Below are positions 37,506 through 46,544 of a DNA stretch of 64,000 nt, in pieces; within the stretch, counting starts at the first letter, position 1, and every line of letters starts with the position of its first letter. The notes beneath the pieces are model-generated. The model worked only from the letters and a program-made list of their open reading frames with translations. It searched no databases and was not told the origin of the DNA. The position numbers were made by a program, and so were the translations under genes. The DNA is from Polyangiaceae bacterium (GTDB lineage Bacteria > Myxococcota_A > Polyangia > Polyangiales > Polyangiaceae), in the NCBI GenBank assembly GCA_035318465.1, contig DATHES010000045.1:53214-117213 (forward strand), in the 5' to 3' direction.

Positions 37506-37901
37506 TTACTGCCCGAAAAACGACACCTGCTGGAAGCGCAGGCCGGCCAGAATCTGTTCCACCCGCCCGTCGGACAGCGACCCGATCCGTTCGCCCAAGC
37601 GCGCCTTCTCGACCGAAGAGACTTGCGAGACGACCACGACGCTCCGCTCGGGAAGGTCCCCCTCGCCTACTTCGAGGAGGACGTTCCCCGGCTCGTTCGC
37701 TCGATGTACGTTCGATGTCAATGCGCACACGACCACGGTCGTGATGCGCGAGTGGTTGAAGACGTCGTCCTGCACCACCACGTGCGGATGGGAGTAGCCC
37801 GGGACAGGCCCGCGCGAGTCATCTGGGCCTATCCAGAACACGTCACCGCGGCAAATCCTCGCTGAAGGCGTGCCCGTGGGTTCTCCCGTGTTCGACTTCA
37901 T
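37506..37901 (-). CDS. mazF: PemK/MazF family toxin (no adjacent antitoxin gene)
   Basis: RGDVFWI......G...GYSHPHVVVQDD.FN....TVVVCALTSN.......GNVLL..GEG.LPERSVVVVSQV.SV is the MazF/PemK fold pattern. Confidence 0.8.
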   Translation of the reverse strand: MKSNTGEPTGTPSARICRGDVFWIGPDDSRGPVPGYSHPHVVVQDDVFNHSRITTVVVCALTSNVHRANEPGNVLLEVGEGDLPERSVVVVSQVSSVEKARLGERIGSLSDGRVEQILAGLRFQQVSFFGQ

Positions 37902-37975
37902 GCGCGCTCACGACCGTGAAGCATGCTAGCGCTCCCAGCCGAACACCGATAGGTTACGCGTCATCCAGGGCCGTC

Positions 37976-38015
37976 CACTCACGGCAGTTACTCACGGCTG
38001 TTCACTCACGGCCGT
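37976..38015. repeat. three tandem copies of ACTCACGGC (13-14 bp period) in the mazF/RidA divergent region
   Basis: cactcacggcagt / tactcacggctgt / tcactcacggccgt. Confidence 0.8.
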
Positions 38016-38057
38016 CGACGTGCCGCGCCAGATTCGACATCCCATCGGAGGCTTCTC

Positions 38058-38546
38058 ATGTCGAAGATCGAGCAAAGGTTGACGGAACTCGGGCTGACCC
38101 TCCCTGCGCCTCTGCAACTTCCACCGGGCGTCACGCTGCCATTTCCATGGGTCAGGATCGTGGGTACACGCGCGTTGATTTCAGGTCACGGGCCCACCGA
38201 CGCCAGTGGCGCCCTTGCTCCGCCTTTCGGCAAAGTCGGCAGCGACGTTTCGGTGGAACAAGCCTACGCCTCGGCAGGTTTGACCGCACTGGCCGTGCTG
38301 GGCAGCCTGAAGCGGGAGCTCGGTGATCTGGATCGCATTGCCGCGTGGATGCGCATCTTCGGCATGGTGAACTCGGCCCCCGGTTTCAACAAGCAGCCGG
38401 CGGTGATCAATGGCTTCACCGACCTCATCGTCGCGGTCTTTGGCACCGAGAAGGGCGCCCACGCGCGAAGTGCAATCGGAATGGCCGAGCTGCCGTTCAA
38501 CATGCCCGTGGAGGTCGAAGGAGAAATCGAGCTCGTTCGCGCGTGA
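38058..38546 (+). CDS. RidA/YjgF family protein
   Basis: SD ggagg. The segments ISGHGP....G.......GKVG.DVS.EQAY.....LTALAVL and HARSAIGMAELPFNMPVEVEGEI fit the family. Confidence 0.85.
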   Translation: MSKIEQRLTELGLTLPAPLQLPPGVTLPFPWVRIVGTRALISGHGPTDASGALAPPFGKVGSDVSVEQAYASAGLTALAVLGSLKRELGDLDRIAAWMRIFGMVNSAPGFNKQPAVINGFTDLIVAVFGTEKGAHARSAIGMAELPFNMPVEVEGEIELVRA

Positions 38547-38561
38547 AGGCCGCGGCGCGCG

Positions 38562-39788
38562 TCACGGCGCGGCGTCGGGAAAAAGAGCGACCACGCTGCC
38601 CACCCACTCGCCGAGCGCGCCGAACCCTTTGCGGTCATCGAAAAGGCCGAGGCGAACGAGCACGAGATCTTTCGACGGAACGACGACGACGAGCTGCCCC
38701 TCGTGTCCCTGGGCGATGAAGGTGTCGCGCGGTCCGCTCTGCACGAGTGCGCGATGCGGCTTCCCTTCTCCAGCCGGCGGCGTGATCCACCAGCCCGCGC
38801 CGTAGATGTCGCAATTGTCGGCGGTCGTCTTGGAGCGCGCGAAATCGACCCAGCCCTCCGGCAGGATGCGCCGCTCCTTCCAAACACCATCGCGCAGGTA
38901 AAGAAGGCCAAAGCGCGCCCAATCGCGCGCCGTCGCATAGACGAAGGCCGAGCCGATGAACGTCCCTGCCTTGTCGAACTCGGGCTCGGCCGACGTCATC
39001 CCGAGAGGACCGAAGAGCTCTTCCTTCATCACCTCGGACAGGCGCGCGCGCCGCCGGGTCGCGTCCGCATCCGAAGAAAATACGCGCCCGAGGGCGTCGG
39101 CGATCAGATTGACCCCGGCCGAGTTGTAGTTCCAGTGCGAGCCCGGAGGGTGCACGAGGGGCAGGCCCGCCGCAAAACCGGCGACGTCGAACCTCCCTTC
39201 GCCGAAGAGCATGCGCGCCGCGTCGTTGCGCGTCGGATCGGGCGAACCGATTTCGTCGTACTTCTGCCCGTCGACCATGTTGATCCACGCTCGCCACGTG
39301 ATCGCCGCTCGCCCATCGCCCGCTGGCCAGCGAGGATTGCCCATCGGCTCGTCGATGGCGACGAGCCCTCGCCGCACCGCTATGCCCACCAGCGCCTGCG
39401 TGACGGATTTGGCCATCGACCAGGAGATGAGCGGCGTCTCGGGGCCGAAGCCGGCCATGTAGCGCTCCATGACGAGTCGTCCGCGCTGAACGATGACGAC
39501 CGCGCGCGTCTCGCCGAGGCGCGCATCGCGCGCATTCACCACCGCCAGCGCGCGATCGAGGCGGTCCGCGGCAACGCCGGTTGGCAACGGACCGCTGGGC
39601 CAATCGTTTCCGGGCCACGGGACATCGGGCGCTTGCCGAGGAAGCGGCACGAGCGCGCCCGCTGCATCGCGGTTCTCCGGTTTGCCGGTTTCGTCGGCGC
39701 CGCGCAAAGGTGCCGTTCGCGCAAAGATCAAAAAGGGCAGAGCCAAGACGATCATGGCCGTGACGGGCCGGCGAACCGCGAGTAGCAT
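38562..39788 (-). CDS. serine hydrolase (beta-lactamase/class C-like family)
   Basis: Has a signal peptide, an SxxK motif (SWSMAKSV) and a YxN motif (WNYNSAG). Overall length is typical of the family. Confidence 0.85.
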   Translation of the reverse strand: MLLAVRRPVTAMIVLALPFLIFARTAPLRGADETGKPENRDAAGALVPLPRQAPDVPWPGNDWPSGPLPTGVAADRLDRALAVVNARDARLGETRAVVIVQRGRLVMERYMAGFGPETPLISWSMAKSVTQALVGIAVRRGLVAIDEPMGNPRWPAGDGRAAITWRAWINMVDGQKYDEIGSPDPTRNDAARMLFGEGRFDVAGFAAGLPLVHPPGSHWNYNSAGVNLIADALGRVFSSDADATRRRARLSEVMKEELFGPLGMTSAEPEFDKAGTFIGSAFVYATARDWARFGLLYLRDGVWKERRILPEGWVDFARSKTTADNCDIYGAGWWITPPAGEGKPHRALVQSGPRDTFIAQGHEGQLVVVVPSKDLVLVRLGLFDDRKGFGALGEWVGSVVALFPDAAP

Positions 39789-39796
39789 GGCCGCGC

Positions 39797-40126
39797 ATGA
39801 TAGGTAGGGCGTTCAGCGGGCGCAAACCCATCGTCCTCGGGATCCTTGCCCTTGCCGTCTTCGTCATCGGCGGTTTCGTCGCCTGGCGCGCGCTCCGCTT
39901 GTCGGAACTCGGGCACATCGGCGCCGGCTACGCCGCCCAACAAACGTGCGCCTGCGTCTTCGTCAGCCACCGCGCGCTCGCGAGCTGCATGACCGACCTC
40001 GACCCTCTCGCGCAGCGGGTCGTTTCGGTGCGCGTCGGCACCGATGACGTGACCGCGCGCACGCTCGGCCTCAACCGGGCCGTCGCGCGGTACGAGCAAG
40101 GGTTCGGCTGTTCGCTTCGTGACTAA
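39797..40126 (+). CDS. small membrane-anchored hypothetical protein
   Basis: 109 aa with one N-terminal TM helix (PIVLGILALAVFVIGGFVAW). Coding-like composition. Confidence 0.5.
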   Translation: MIGRAFSGRKPIVLGILALAVFVIGGFVAWRALRLSELGHIGAGYAAQQTCACVFVSHRALASCMTDLDPLAQRVVSVRVGTDDVTARTLGLNRAVARYEQGFGCSLRD

Positions 40127-40211
40127 GGTCGACGGGAGCTGAATCGGATCGGACTGTGAACGCTGCGACTGTGGAATCCGAGCGACAAGTGTTGCCCGGG
40201 CGGCACAGTAG

Positions 40212-40808
40212 CTATCGGAGCTCGAAAGCAAGCGTCACGAAGTCGGGCGACGACACCTTGTCGGCCGTCACGGATAGCCGGCGGCCGTTGCGGTACGAAC
40301 ATGTCCCGCGGAAGTACAAGAAGCCGCCGGCGCGCCCTCCGGTGGTCAAGATCGTCTCGGCGGGAAACTCCTTCTCGATCCAGTCGGACCTGGTTCGGTC
40401 GAGTTTGTAGGCCGTCGACCTGTTCGACGAGGGATCGAGAGGCGCAAACCCGGCTCGATGCTCCCGATAGGGTTCGAACATCGCCAGCGCGCTGACGGCT
40501 TCGAGGCTCGTGCCGTCGCCGCAGATGAGCTTCGTTTGTCTTCGTTGGAGCAAGAATTTGTCGGCCGTCGCATTCTCGACGACGAGCTGCACGGGCGTGA
40601 AATTCTGGCTGACGTGGGTGCCAAAGGCGTTGGTCGACTTGGCGTAGGTGTCGAAAGGCTCGGCGCCGGCGGAGAGACCATCGGAATGGTACTTCGCCGC
40701 GTACGCATCGACTGCCCTGAGGGGGACGGCTTGCGGTCCGCCCTGAGAGCAACCGGAGAGCAGGTGGAGGAGCGGTAGGAGTGCACAGGATCGGAGTGCT
40801 TGGCTCAT
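40212..40808 (-). CDS. hypothetical lipoprotein
   Basis: Trimmed to MSQALRSCALLPLLHLLSGC. No family recognised. Confidence 0.6.
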   Translation of the reverse strand: MSQALRSCALLPLLHLLSGCSQGGPQAVPLRAVDAYAAKYHSDGLSAGAEPFDTYAKSTNAFGTHVSQNFTPVQLVVENATADKFLLQRRQTKLICGDGTSLEAVSALAMFEPYREHRAGFAPLDPSSNRSTAYKLDRTRSDWIEKEFPAETILTTGGRAGGFLYFRGTCSYRNGRRLSVTADKVSSPDFVTLAFELR

Positions 40809-40947
40809 GCGCGGTGCACGAGCAAGAGACGCACCAAAGCGCGGCTTCGTCATCCGGTGATCTTCCGACGGCGCGCGACCTGCGGCAACACCCTGAGCGT
40901 GGATCGATGACGCGGCCACTCCCTCTTTCGCGCTATTCTCGGGGACG

Positions 40948-41595
40948 ATGGGTACCGGCTCCTCGGACGACTACTACGCGTTGCTCGGCATCGACGCGAA
41001 GGCCGACGGCGCGGAGCTGCGCCGCGCTTGGCGGCAGCTCGCCCTTCGGTGGCACCCCGACCGCGCCGGTTCCGGCGCCACGGCCACGTTCCAGAAGATC
41101 GCCGCCGCGTACACGGTGTTGTCCAACCCCGCCGCGCGCGCTCTGTACGATCTGCGGCGAGGTGTTCCCGCGCACAGTGGCGCGCGCTCCGCCGCCGCCT
41201 CGAGCGCGCCGCCCGCCGCCACGGTACGTCGTGCTCCCGCCGTGATGCTCCAGCGGCTCTCCGGGCCGCTGAACGCGCTGCTCGCGTGCGGGATCGCCCG
41301 GCGCGCCGAGGGCGACGTCATCGAGCTCTTCCTCAACGCGGAGGAGGTCTCGGAGGGCGGCATGGTCACCATCTCTATGTACGTGCCCGTCCGCTGCCCG
41401 GCGTGCGCCGCGGACGCGGCGGGGTCGTGCGCTCGGTGCGGAACGAAGCGCGCCGTCAATGAGCTCTTCAGCGCCTGGCTCGCCGTCCGGCCGGGAGTCG
41501 CCGACGGCACCATCCTCATCCCCTCCGCGCTGCTCCCCGGGATGGTCCGTCCGGTGTCGTTTCGCGTGCGGCTCAGCGGCGCGGCTTGCCCGTAG
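40948..41595 (+). CDS. J-domain (DnaJ-like) protein
   Basis: DYYALLGIDAKADGAELRRAWRQLALRWHPDR (HPD motif) and a single CPAC...CARCG zinc-finger-like element. Confidence 0.8.
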   Translation: MGTGSSDDYYALLGIDAKADGAELRRAWRQLALRWHPDRAGSGATATFQKIAAAYTVLSNPAARALYDLRRGVPAHSGARSAAASSAPPAATVRRAPAVMLQRLSGPLNALLACGIARRAEGDVIELFLNAEEVSEGGMVTISMYVPVRCPACAADAAGSCARCGTKRAVNELFSAWLAVRPGVADGTILIPSALLPGMVRPVSFRVRLSGAACP

Positions 41596-41628
41596 GCGCA
41601 TGGCCGCCGCGCGCCCGTCATTCACGCA

Positions 41629-42489
41629 TCACTTCGCGGCAAGCGGCGCGACGTTTTCTTCCGCGGGCAGCGCGGGATCGTCCTGTTCGCTGAGCGCTGT
41701 GGCGACGTCGAGGTCGATGAGGTGCCCCGACCGCTTGGCCTTGGTTTCGAGATAGAGTCGGTTGTACTGGCCCGCTGGGATCACGTGCGGAATGCGGCCC
41801 GCCACGCGGATACCGTGCGCTTCGAGCGCGTCGACCTTCTTCGGATTGTTGGTGAGGAGCCGCACCGAGCCAACGGTGAGGCTTGCCAGCATGTGCGCGG
41901 CGACGGCGTAGTCCCGCTCGTCGTCACGAAACCCGAGCGCGAGGTTGGCGTCGACCGTATCGAGACCTTTGTCTTGCAGCTCGTAAGCGCGGATCTTGTT
42001 CATGAGACCGATGCCGCGCCCCTCTTGGCGGAGGTACAAGAGAACGCCGGCAGGCTCTTGTACGAGCCGATCGAGCGCGACACCGAGCTGATCGCGACAG
42101 TCGCAGCGCAGCGATCCCAGGGCGTCGCCGGTGAGGCATTCCGAATGCAGGCGCGTGACGACCTCGCTCGCGCCGAGCACATCGCCATGAACGAGCGCGA
42201 TGTGCTCTTTGCTGTCGCGATTGTTCCAAAATGCCACGATCTGAAACCGGCCGGCACGCGTCGGCAGGTGAGCCACGGCCTCGACCTTCACGCAAATGCC
42301 GTGCTTGCCGAAGCCTTCGCAGTCATGATCTTTGTCGCGAAGGACGAGATCCCCGAGGCGCGGAACACGGGTCAAGCTGGCGATGCACGGAACGCGATTG
42401 GCTCGTTTCTCCACGATAAAGCAGCATTGCAGGGCATGGGCACGACGTCCAGCCAAGCTCCTTCGTTCCGGCGATCGTCGTCGATCCAT
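41629..42489 (-). CDS. ribA: GTP cyclohydrolase II
   Basis: VTRLHSECLTGDALGSLRCDCRDQL, LYLRQEGRGIGLMNKIRAYELQD.GLDTV.AN..LGF..DERDY and VRLLTNNPKK. The start is uncertain: the longest ORF adds about 60 aa N-terminal to the conserved core, and GTG 42291 is an alternative. Confidence 0.88.
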   Translation of the reverse strand: MDRRRSPERRSLAGRRAHALQCCFIVEKRANRVPCIASLTRVPRLGDLVLRDKDHDCEGFGKHGICVKVEAVAHLPTRAGRFQIVAFWNNRDSKEHIALVHGDVLGASEVVTRLHSECLTGDALGSLRCDCRDQLGVALDRLVQEPAGVLLYLRQEGRGIGLMNKIRAYELQDKGLDTVDANLALGFRDDERDYAVAAHMLASLTVGSVRLLTNNPKKVDALEAHGIRVAGRIPHVIPAGQYNRLYLETKAKRSGHLIDLDVATALSEQDDPALPAEENVAPLAAK

Positions 42490-42578
42490 GGGCCATAAGA
42501 CGCACGTCGCTTCGATGGCGCTCCTCGCTCGAGCGAAGTAGCTCGCCCCCTCTCAGGAGCTTTCACGTAGATTGCCTC

Positions 42579-42887
42579 ATGGTCGACGCCATCGGTTGGG
42601 CGAGCTCGTTCGTTTTGTTGGCGACCCTTGCCAAGCAGATCCACAAGCAATGGCGGGCCCGATCGAGCGAAGGCGTGTCCAAGTGGCTCTTCGTGGGGCA
42701 GAGCACCGCTTCGCTCGGATTCACCGTGTACAGCTGGCTCGTCCACAGCTGGGTCTTCATCGTCACCAACGCGCTCTTGCTCGTGGCGGGCATCGCCGGC
42801 TTCGTCATCACGCTGCACTTTCGACGCGCCGCCCCCCCCACCGCGCCGGCGCCGGCGATTTCATCCAAATCCGCCGCGCCGAGGTGA
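42579..42887 (+). CDS. SemiSWEET/PQ-loop-like small 3-TM membrane protein
   Basis: 102 aa with 3 TM helices. LAKQIHKQWRARSSEGVS aligns with the SemiSWEET segment PQ..K...T.S...(I/V)S, with PQ replaced by KQ. A conserved Asn is present in TM3 (VTNALLL). Confidence 0.55.
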   Translation: MVDAIGWASSFVLLATLAKQIHKQWRARSSEGVSKWLFVGQSTASLGFTVYSWLVHSWVFIVTNALLLVAGIAGFVITLHFRRAAPPTAPAPAISSKSAAPR

Positions 42888-43033
42888 CGGCGCGGGCTCG
42901 GCGAGTCGTGCCGGGAACCGACGAAGCCGTAGGTCCCCCTGAAGCGGTGCATGTCGTATAACGCCCTGCCTTCACGCGGTCGCCAGGGCAGGTTAGTCTC
43001 GCGAACACAACCTTTGGACCGAGAGGCCGCCAA

Positions 43034-43777
43034 ATGATGGGTGATCGTTCGTTGTTGCACCTGGTCGCGGCGTCGCTGCTGTTGGGCGGCGGCGTCGCCT
43101 GCAGTGGCGTTACACAGTTCGCGGGGGCCCAGCCCTTCACGATCGCGGGGACGCCACCCCCTCCCCCACCTCCTGTCGCCAAGGAGGAACCGAAACCGCC
43201 GCCGCCGCCCCCGCGCGTCGAGCTGCGCGACAACAAGATCGAGTTCAAGGAGAAGATCCAGTTCGAAGTGAACAAGGCCATCATCAAGGAAGAGAGCTTT
43301 TCGCTCTTGCACGACATCGGCGAGGTCATCAAGAAGAACTCGCACTTGAAAAAGATCGCCATCGAAGGGCACGCAAGCGCCGAAGGCGATGCCAAGCGCA
43401 ACAAGAAGCTGTCCGATGACAGGTCCAAGGCGGTGCTCGAGTACCTCGCCAAGAAGGAAGGCATCGAAGCCGCACGAATGACCGCCAAGGGCTGGGGCGA
43501 GGAAAAGCCCATTGCCAGCAACGACACCGAGGATGGTCGTGAGAAAAATCGGCGGGTCGAATTTCTGGTGATCGAACAAGACGTCACGGCCAAAAAAGTC
43601 GAGATCGATGCCACCACCGGTAAAGAGCGGGTCGTCGACGAGAAGAAAGAAACGATCAAGGCTCCCGAAGCTGCGACGCTCGCGAACGCCGAGACGCCCA
43701 TCGCCGGCGAGCCGGCCACCAAGAAAACAGAAAAGAAGCCAACGGAGTCCAAGAAGGTGGAGGCAAAGAAACCATGA
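43034..43777 (+). CDS. OmpA family lipoprotein
   Basis: Signal ...LLLGGGVAC and a poly-Pro linker. Then IQFEVNKAIIKEESFSLL..I...........I.IEGHASAEGDAKRNKKLSDDRSKAV...L........R....GWGEEKPI...........NRRVEF. Ends in a Lys/Glu-rich tail. Confidence 0.88.
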   Translation: MMGDRSLLHLVAASLLLGGGVACSGVTQFAGAQPFTIAGTPPPPPPPVAKEEPKPPPPPPRVELRDNKIEFKEKIQFEVNKAIIKEESFSLLHDIGEVIKKNSHLKKIAIEGHASAEGDAKRNKKLSDDRSKAVLEYLAKKEGIEAARMTAKGWGEEKPIASNDTEDGREKNRRVEFLVIEQDVTAKKVEIDATTGKERVVDEKKETIKAPEAATLANAETPIAGEPATKKTEKKPTESKKVEAKKP

Positions 43778-44166
43778 AAACGACGCTTCTGCTGGCTACC
43801 TCGCTCGCGCTCGGTGCCTGCTCCTTTGCGGCGCGCAGCCCCGAAATGTACCGAGACGACACGGCCCGCGCCCTCGCCACCAAAAAGGACGAAATCCGCG
43901 CCTGCTACGACGGCGTTCTCAAGTCGACGCCCAATGCGGCCGGTGTCGTGGCGGTCAAGTTCGAGGTCGAGACGGAGCAAGGTCGCATCTCGCACGTGAC
44001 CGTCGACAAGACGAAGACCACCGCGCCCGATCCAGTAGCGGAGTGCGTCACGCGCAGCATCGAGGGGCTGACGTTGGCTCCTCCCGACGCGCGCAAGGGC
44101 GAAGGGACATGGGTCTACGAGTTCCAGGCGCCGCCGGCAGCGGCCGCAACCCCGGAGAAGACCTGA
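43774..44166 (+). CDS. lipoprotein with AgmX/PglI/TonB_C-like C-terminal domain
   Basis: ATGA overlap with the ompA-family gene. Signal MKTTLLLATSLALGAC. The pattern ..IRACYDGVLKSTPNAAGVVAVKFEVE...GRISHV.V........P..AECV...I.GL.L is present. Confidence 0.6.
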   Translation: MKTTLLLATSLALGACSFAARSPEMYRDDTARALATKKDEIRACYDGVLKSTPNAAGVVAVKFEVETEQGRISHVTVDKTKTTAPDPVAECVTRSIEGLTLAPPDARKGEGTWVYEFQAPPAAAATPEKT

Positions 44167-44186
44167 CCTAGCGTCCCAAGCGCGTC

Positions 44187-44228
44187 ACCTTCGTCACGGC
44201 GGGTCGAATCGACCGAGCCGTGACGAAG
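44187..44228. terminator. bidirectional hairpin between convergent genes
   Basis: ccttcgtcacggc (44187-44199) pairs with gccgtgacgaagg (44216-44228) in a perfect 13-bp stem. The loop contains its own ggtcga/tcgacc hairpin. There is no T tract. Confidence 0.55.
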
Positions 44229-44258
44229 GCGGGCGACCTGGTGAAGGTTGCCGCCGTG

Positions 44259-44465
44259 CTAACGAAGGACGCGAACGTTCGCCGCCTGGAGTCCTTTCGG
44301 ACCACGGGTGACTTCGAATTCCACCATTTGCCCCTCGGCAAGGGTGCGAAAGCCATCGGACTGTATCGCGCTCTGATGACAGAAGACGTCGTCGCCGCCG
44401 CCATCCTGCGTGATGAATCCGAACCCCTTGCTATCGTTGAACCACTTCACTTTTCCAGTTGCCAT
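44259..44465 (-). CDS. cspA: cold-shock protein (CspA family)
   Basis: [18 protein letters not shown]....[11 protein letters not shown]...GFRTL.EGQ.VEFEV..G.KG.QA.NV carries the RNP1 and RNP2 motifs. Confidence 0.95.
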   Translation of the reverse strand: MATGKVKWFNDSKGFGFITQDGGGDDVFCHQSAIQSDGFRTLAEGQMVEFEVTRGPKGLQAANVRVLR

Positions 44466-44539
44466 TGTTTCCTACTTTTCTTTCTTAGCGATTCGAAATC
44501 GCGTTCTTCGCCATGCTGTCAGATTCGACGGGATCGTTT

Positions 44540-45838
44540 CTACCGCGGGTGGGAGGTCGGCGGGCGAAAAGGATGCGTCTCCACGACCGGAAGGGTCATG
44601 CGGATGAGGCGCTCGATGTCGCGCAGTTGCGGTCGTTCCGCGGCGTCGCAGAACGAGAGTGCGGCCCCGGACGCGCCGGCCCGCGCCGTTCGCCCGATGC
44701 GGTGCACATAGGTCTCGGCGACCTCGGGGAGCTCGTAGTTCACCACGTGCGAAATGGAATCGACGTCGATGCCACGGGCAGCGATGTCGGTAGCGACGAG
44801 GACACGCACCGATCCAGCCTTGAAATGCTGGAGCGCTCGCTCGCGCGCGTTTTGCGACTTGTTGCCGTGAATGGCTTCCGCATGGATCGACCCTCGCGTG
44901 AGCCCTTGAACCACGCGATCGGCGCCGCGTTTCGTGCGCGTGAAGACGAGCGCACGGCGAATCGACTCGTCGCGGAGAACGTGCTGCAGAAGAGCACCCT
45001 TGTCTCCGCGGCCGACGAAATAGAGCGATTGAGCGACCTTTTCCGAGGTCGAAGCGACGGGTGAAACGGCCACGCGCGCCGGAGCGTTCAAAATGGTGCT
45101 GGCGAGTTTCTCGATGGGGGGAGGCATCGTCGCGGAAAAGAAGAGTGTCTGCCGCTGGCGCGGCAAACACGAGAGGATTCGCTTCACATCGTTCAAAAAG
45201 CCCATATCGAGCATGCGATCCGCCTCGTCGAGGACGAGCATTTCGACGCTCGAGAGCTGCACGAACCGCTGTGAAATGAGATCCAGCAGCCTGCCCGGCG
45301 TTGCCACCAGAATGTCGGCACCGCGCCGCAGGTCCTGCTCTTGTCGGCGCTGGCTGACGCCGCCGAAAATGACGATCGAATGAAGCCCTGTGTACCGCCC
45401 GCAGTTCTGGAAGTCAGCCGTGATTTGAGAGGCCAGCTCTCGCGTCGGCGCGAGCACGAGCGCGCGTATCGGCCGGCGACCGCCGCCCGAAGCGCGAGAC
45501 ACGAGGAGCCGCTCCAGAATCGGAAGAGCAAAGGCGGCAGTCTTGCCGGTGCCCGTTTGTGCGCAGCCGAGGAGATCTTTTCCGCCTAGCACGATAGGGA
45601 TGGCGCGCGCCTGGATCGGCGTTGGGCGTTCGTAACGAAGCTCACGGACCGCGCGAAGGACGGCCGTACCGAGCCCCAGCTGATCGAACCGCTCGATCGC
45701 GAGCGGCACAGCTTGGAGGGGACGATGGTCAGTCGAAGGTGAAGCAAAAATATCGAGATTCTGGGTTGGAAGGGTCAATGGAGCCTTTGATTTCGAAGAG
45801 GGCTCGGCCGGGTCACGTGTCCCCGTAGTCCGTGTCAT
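44540..45838 (-). CDS. rhlE: DEAD-box ATP-dependent RNA helicase (RhlE-like)
   Basis: Q motif (PTPIQ), AQTGTGKT, DEAD (VLDEADRMLDMGF), SAT, and HRIGRTARAG. Trimmed to MTRTTG (ATG 45838). Confidence 0.92.
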   Translation of the reverse strand: MTRTTGTRDPAEPSSKSKAPLTLPTQNLDIFASPSTDHRPLQAVPLAIERFDQLGLGTAVLRAVRELRYERPTPIQARAIPIVLGGKDLLGCAQTGTGKTAAFALPILERLLVSRASGGGRRPIRALVLAPTRELASQITADFQNCGRYTGLHSIVIFGGVSQRRQEQDLRRGADILVATPGRLLDLISQRFVQLSSVEMLVLDEADRMLDMGFLNDVKRILSCLPRQRQTLFFSATMPPPIEKLASTILNAPARVAVSPVASTSEKVAQSLYFVGRGDKGALLQHVLRDESIRRALVFTRTKRGADRVVQGLTRGSIHAEAIHGNKSQNARERALQHFKAGSVRVLVATDIAARGIDVDSISHVVNYELPEVAETYVHRIGRTARAGASGAALSFCDAAERPQLRDIERLIRMTLPVVETHPFRPPTSHPR

Positions 45839-46077
45839 CTGGTCTTTGTTAAAGGGGTGTGTTTGGGAGCGGAAACGGTGCGACCCGATGAGTCCACACC
45901 GCACGTGACGCCCTCAGAAACATGCAATGATTGATGATTCGTGTCCTTCGCCACAGATGGCCAAGGAGGGCAACAGGGGTGGAGTCTACGCGCGTTTTGC
46001 CGCGGGTGCCAATCAAATGTCGATTTCGCGTGTTCTATCGCTCAGCTAGGCCGAGACCCTGATCGACCCGCTCCGTC

Positions 46078-46455
46078 TTACACGTCCTCTACGATTGCGA
46101 GAATGTTGCCCTCGGGGTCCTTGAACCAAGCGGCTTTCGCGCCGCCCCCGATCGCAATGCCATCTTTCGTCTTCACACCGGGCATATCGTATTCCTCGAA
46201 GACGACACCTTTGCCCTTGAGCTCGGCGACCTCGCGTTCGACGTCCTCCACCTGCCAAAACGCCTGGCTCGCGCGCGAAGTACCGGCGTTGGGCGTGGGA
46301 TAGAGGAAGCACGCCGTGGCACCGGCGAACTCGTAGATGACGCCGCCATTGGCTTCGCGCTTCGGCTTGAAGCCGAGCTTTTGCTCATAGAACTGGCGAG
46401 CACGGTTCAAGTCCTTCGCAGGAAGGTACGCAAACATGGGCGATCGCTGCAGCAT
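46078..46455 (-). CDS. VOC family (glyoxalase-fold) protein
   Basis: 125 aa with ..DL.RA.QFYEQKLGF............F and KAAWFKDPEGNILAIVE. Confidence 0.8.
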   Translation of the reverse strand: MLQRSPMFAYLPAKDLNRARQFYEQKLGFKPKREANGGVIYEFAGATACFLYPTPNAGTSRASQAFWQVEDVEREVAELKGKGVVFEEYDMPGVKTKDGIAIGGGAKAAWFKDPEGNILAIVEDV

Positions 46456-46544
46456 CGGAGCCTCCTGTCGGATAGGTTCGGCTCGCTAACCTGCAGGCGG
46501 GCGCGTGCTTCGACAACCGTCCGAAAGACCGGTGAACGAGCGAT

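Noticed and set aside
37902-38057. Search for a mazE/pemI antitoxin ORF upstream of mazF
   Set aside because: The longest ORFs in the correct orientation are 12 codons or fewer (MTRNLSVFGWER, MLHGRERA).
42490-42578. FMN riboswitch upstream of ribA
   Set aside because: Only 89 nt are available, and no FMN-element conserved segments were seen.
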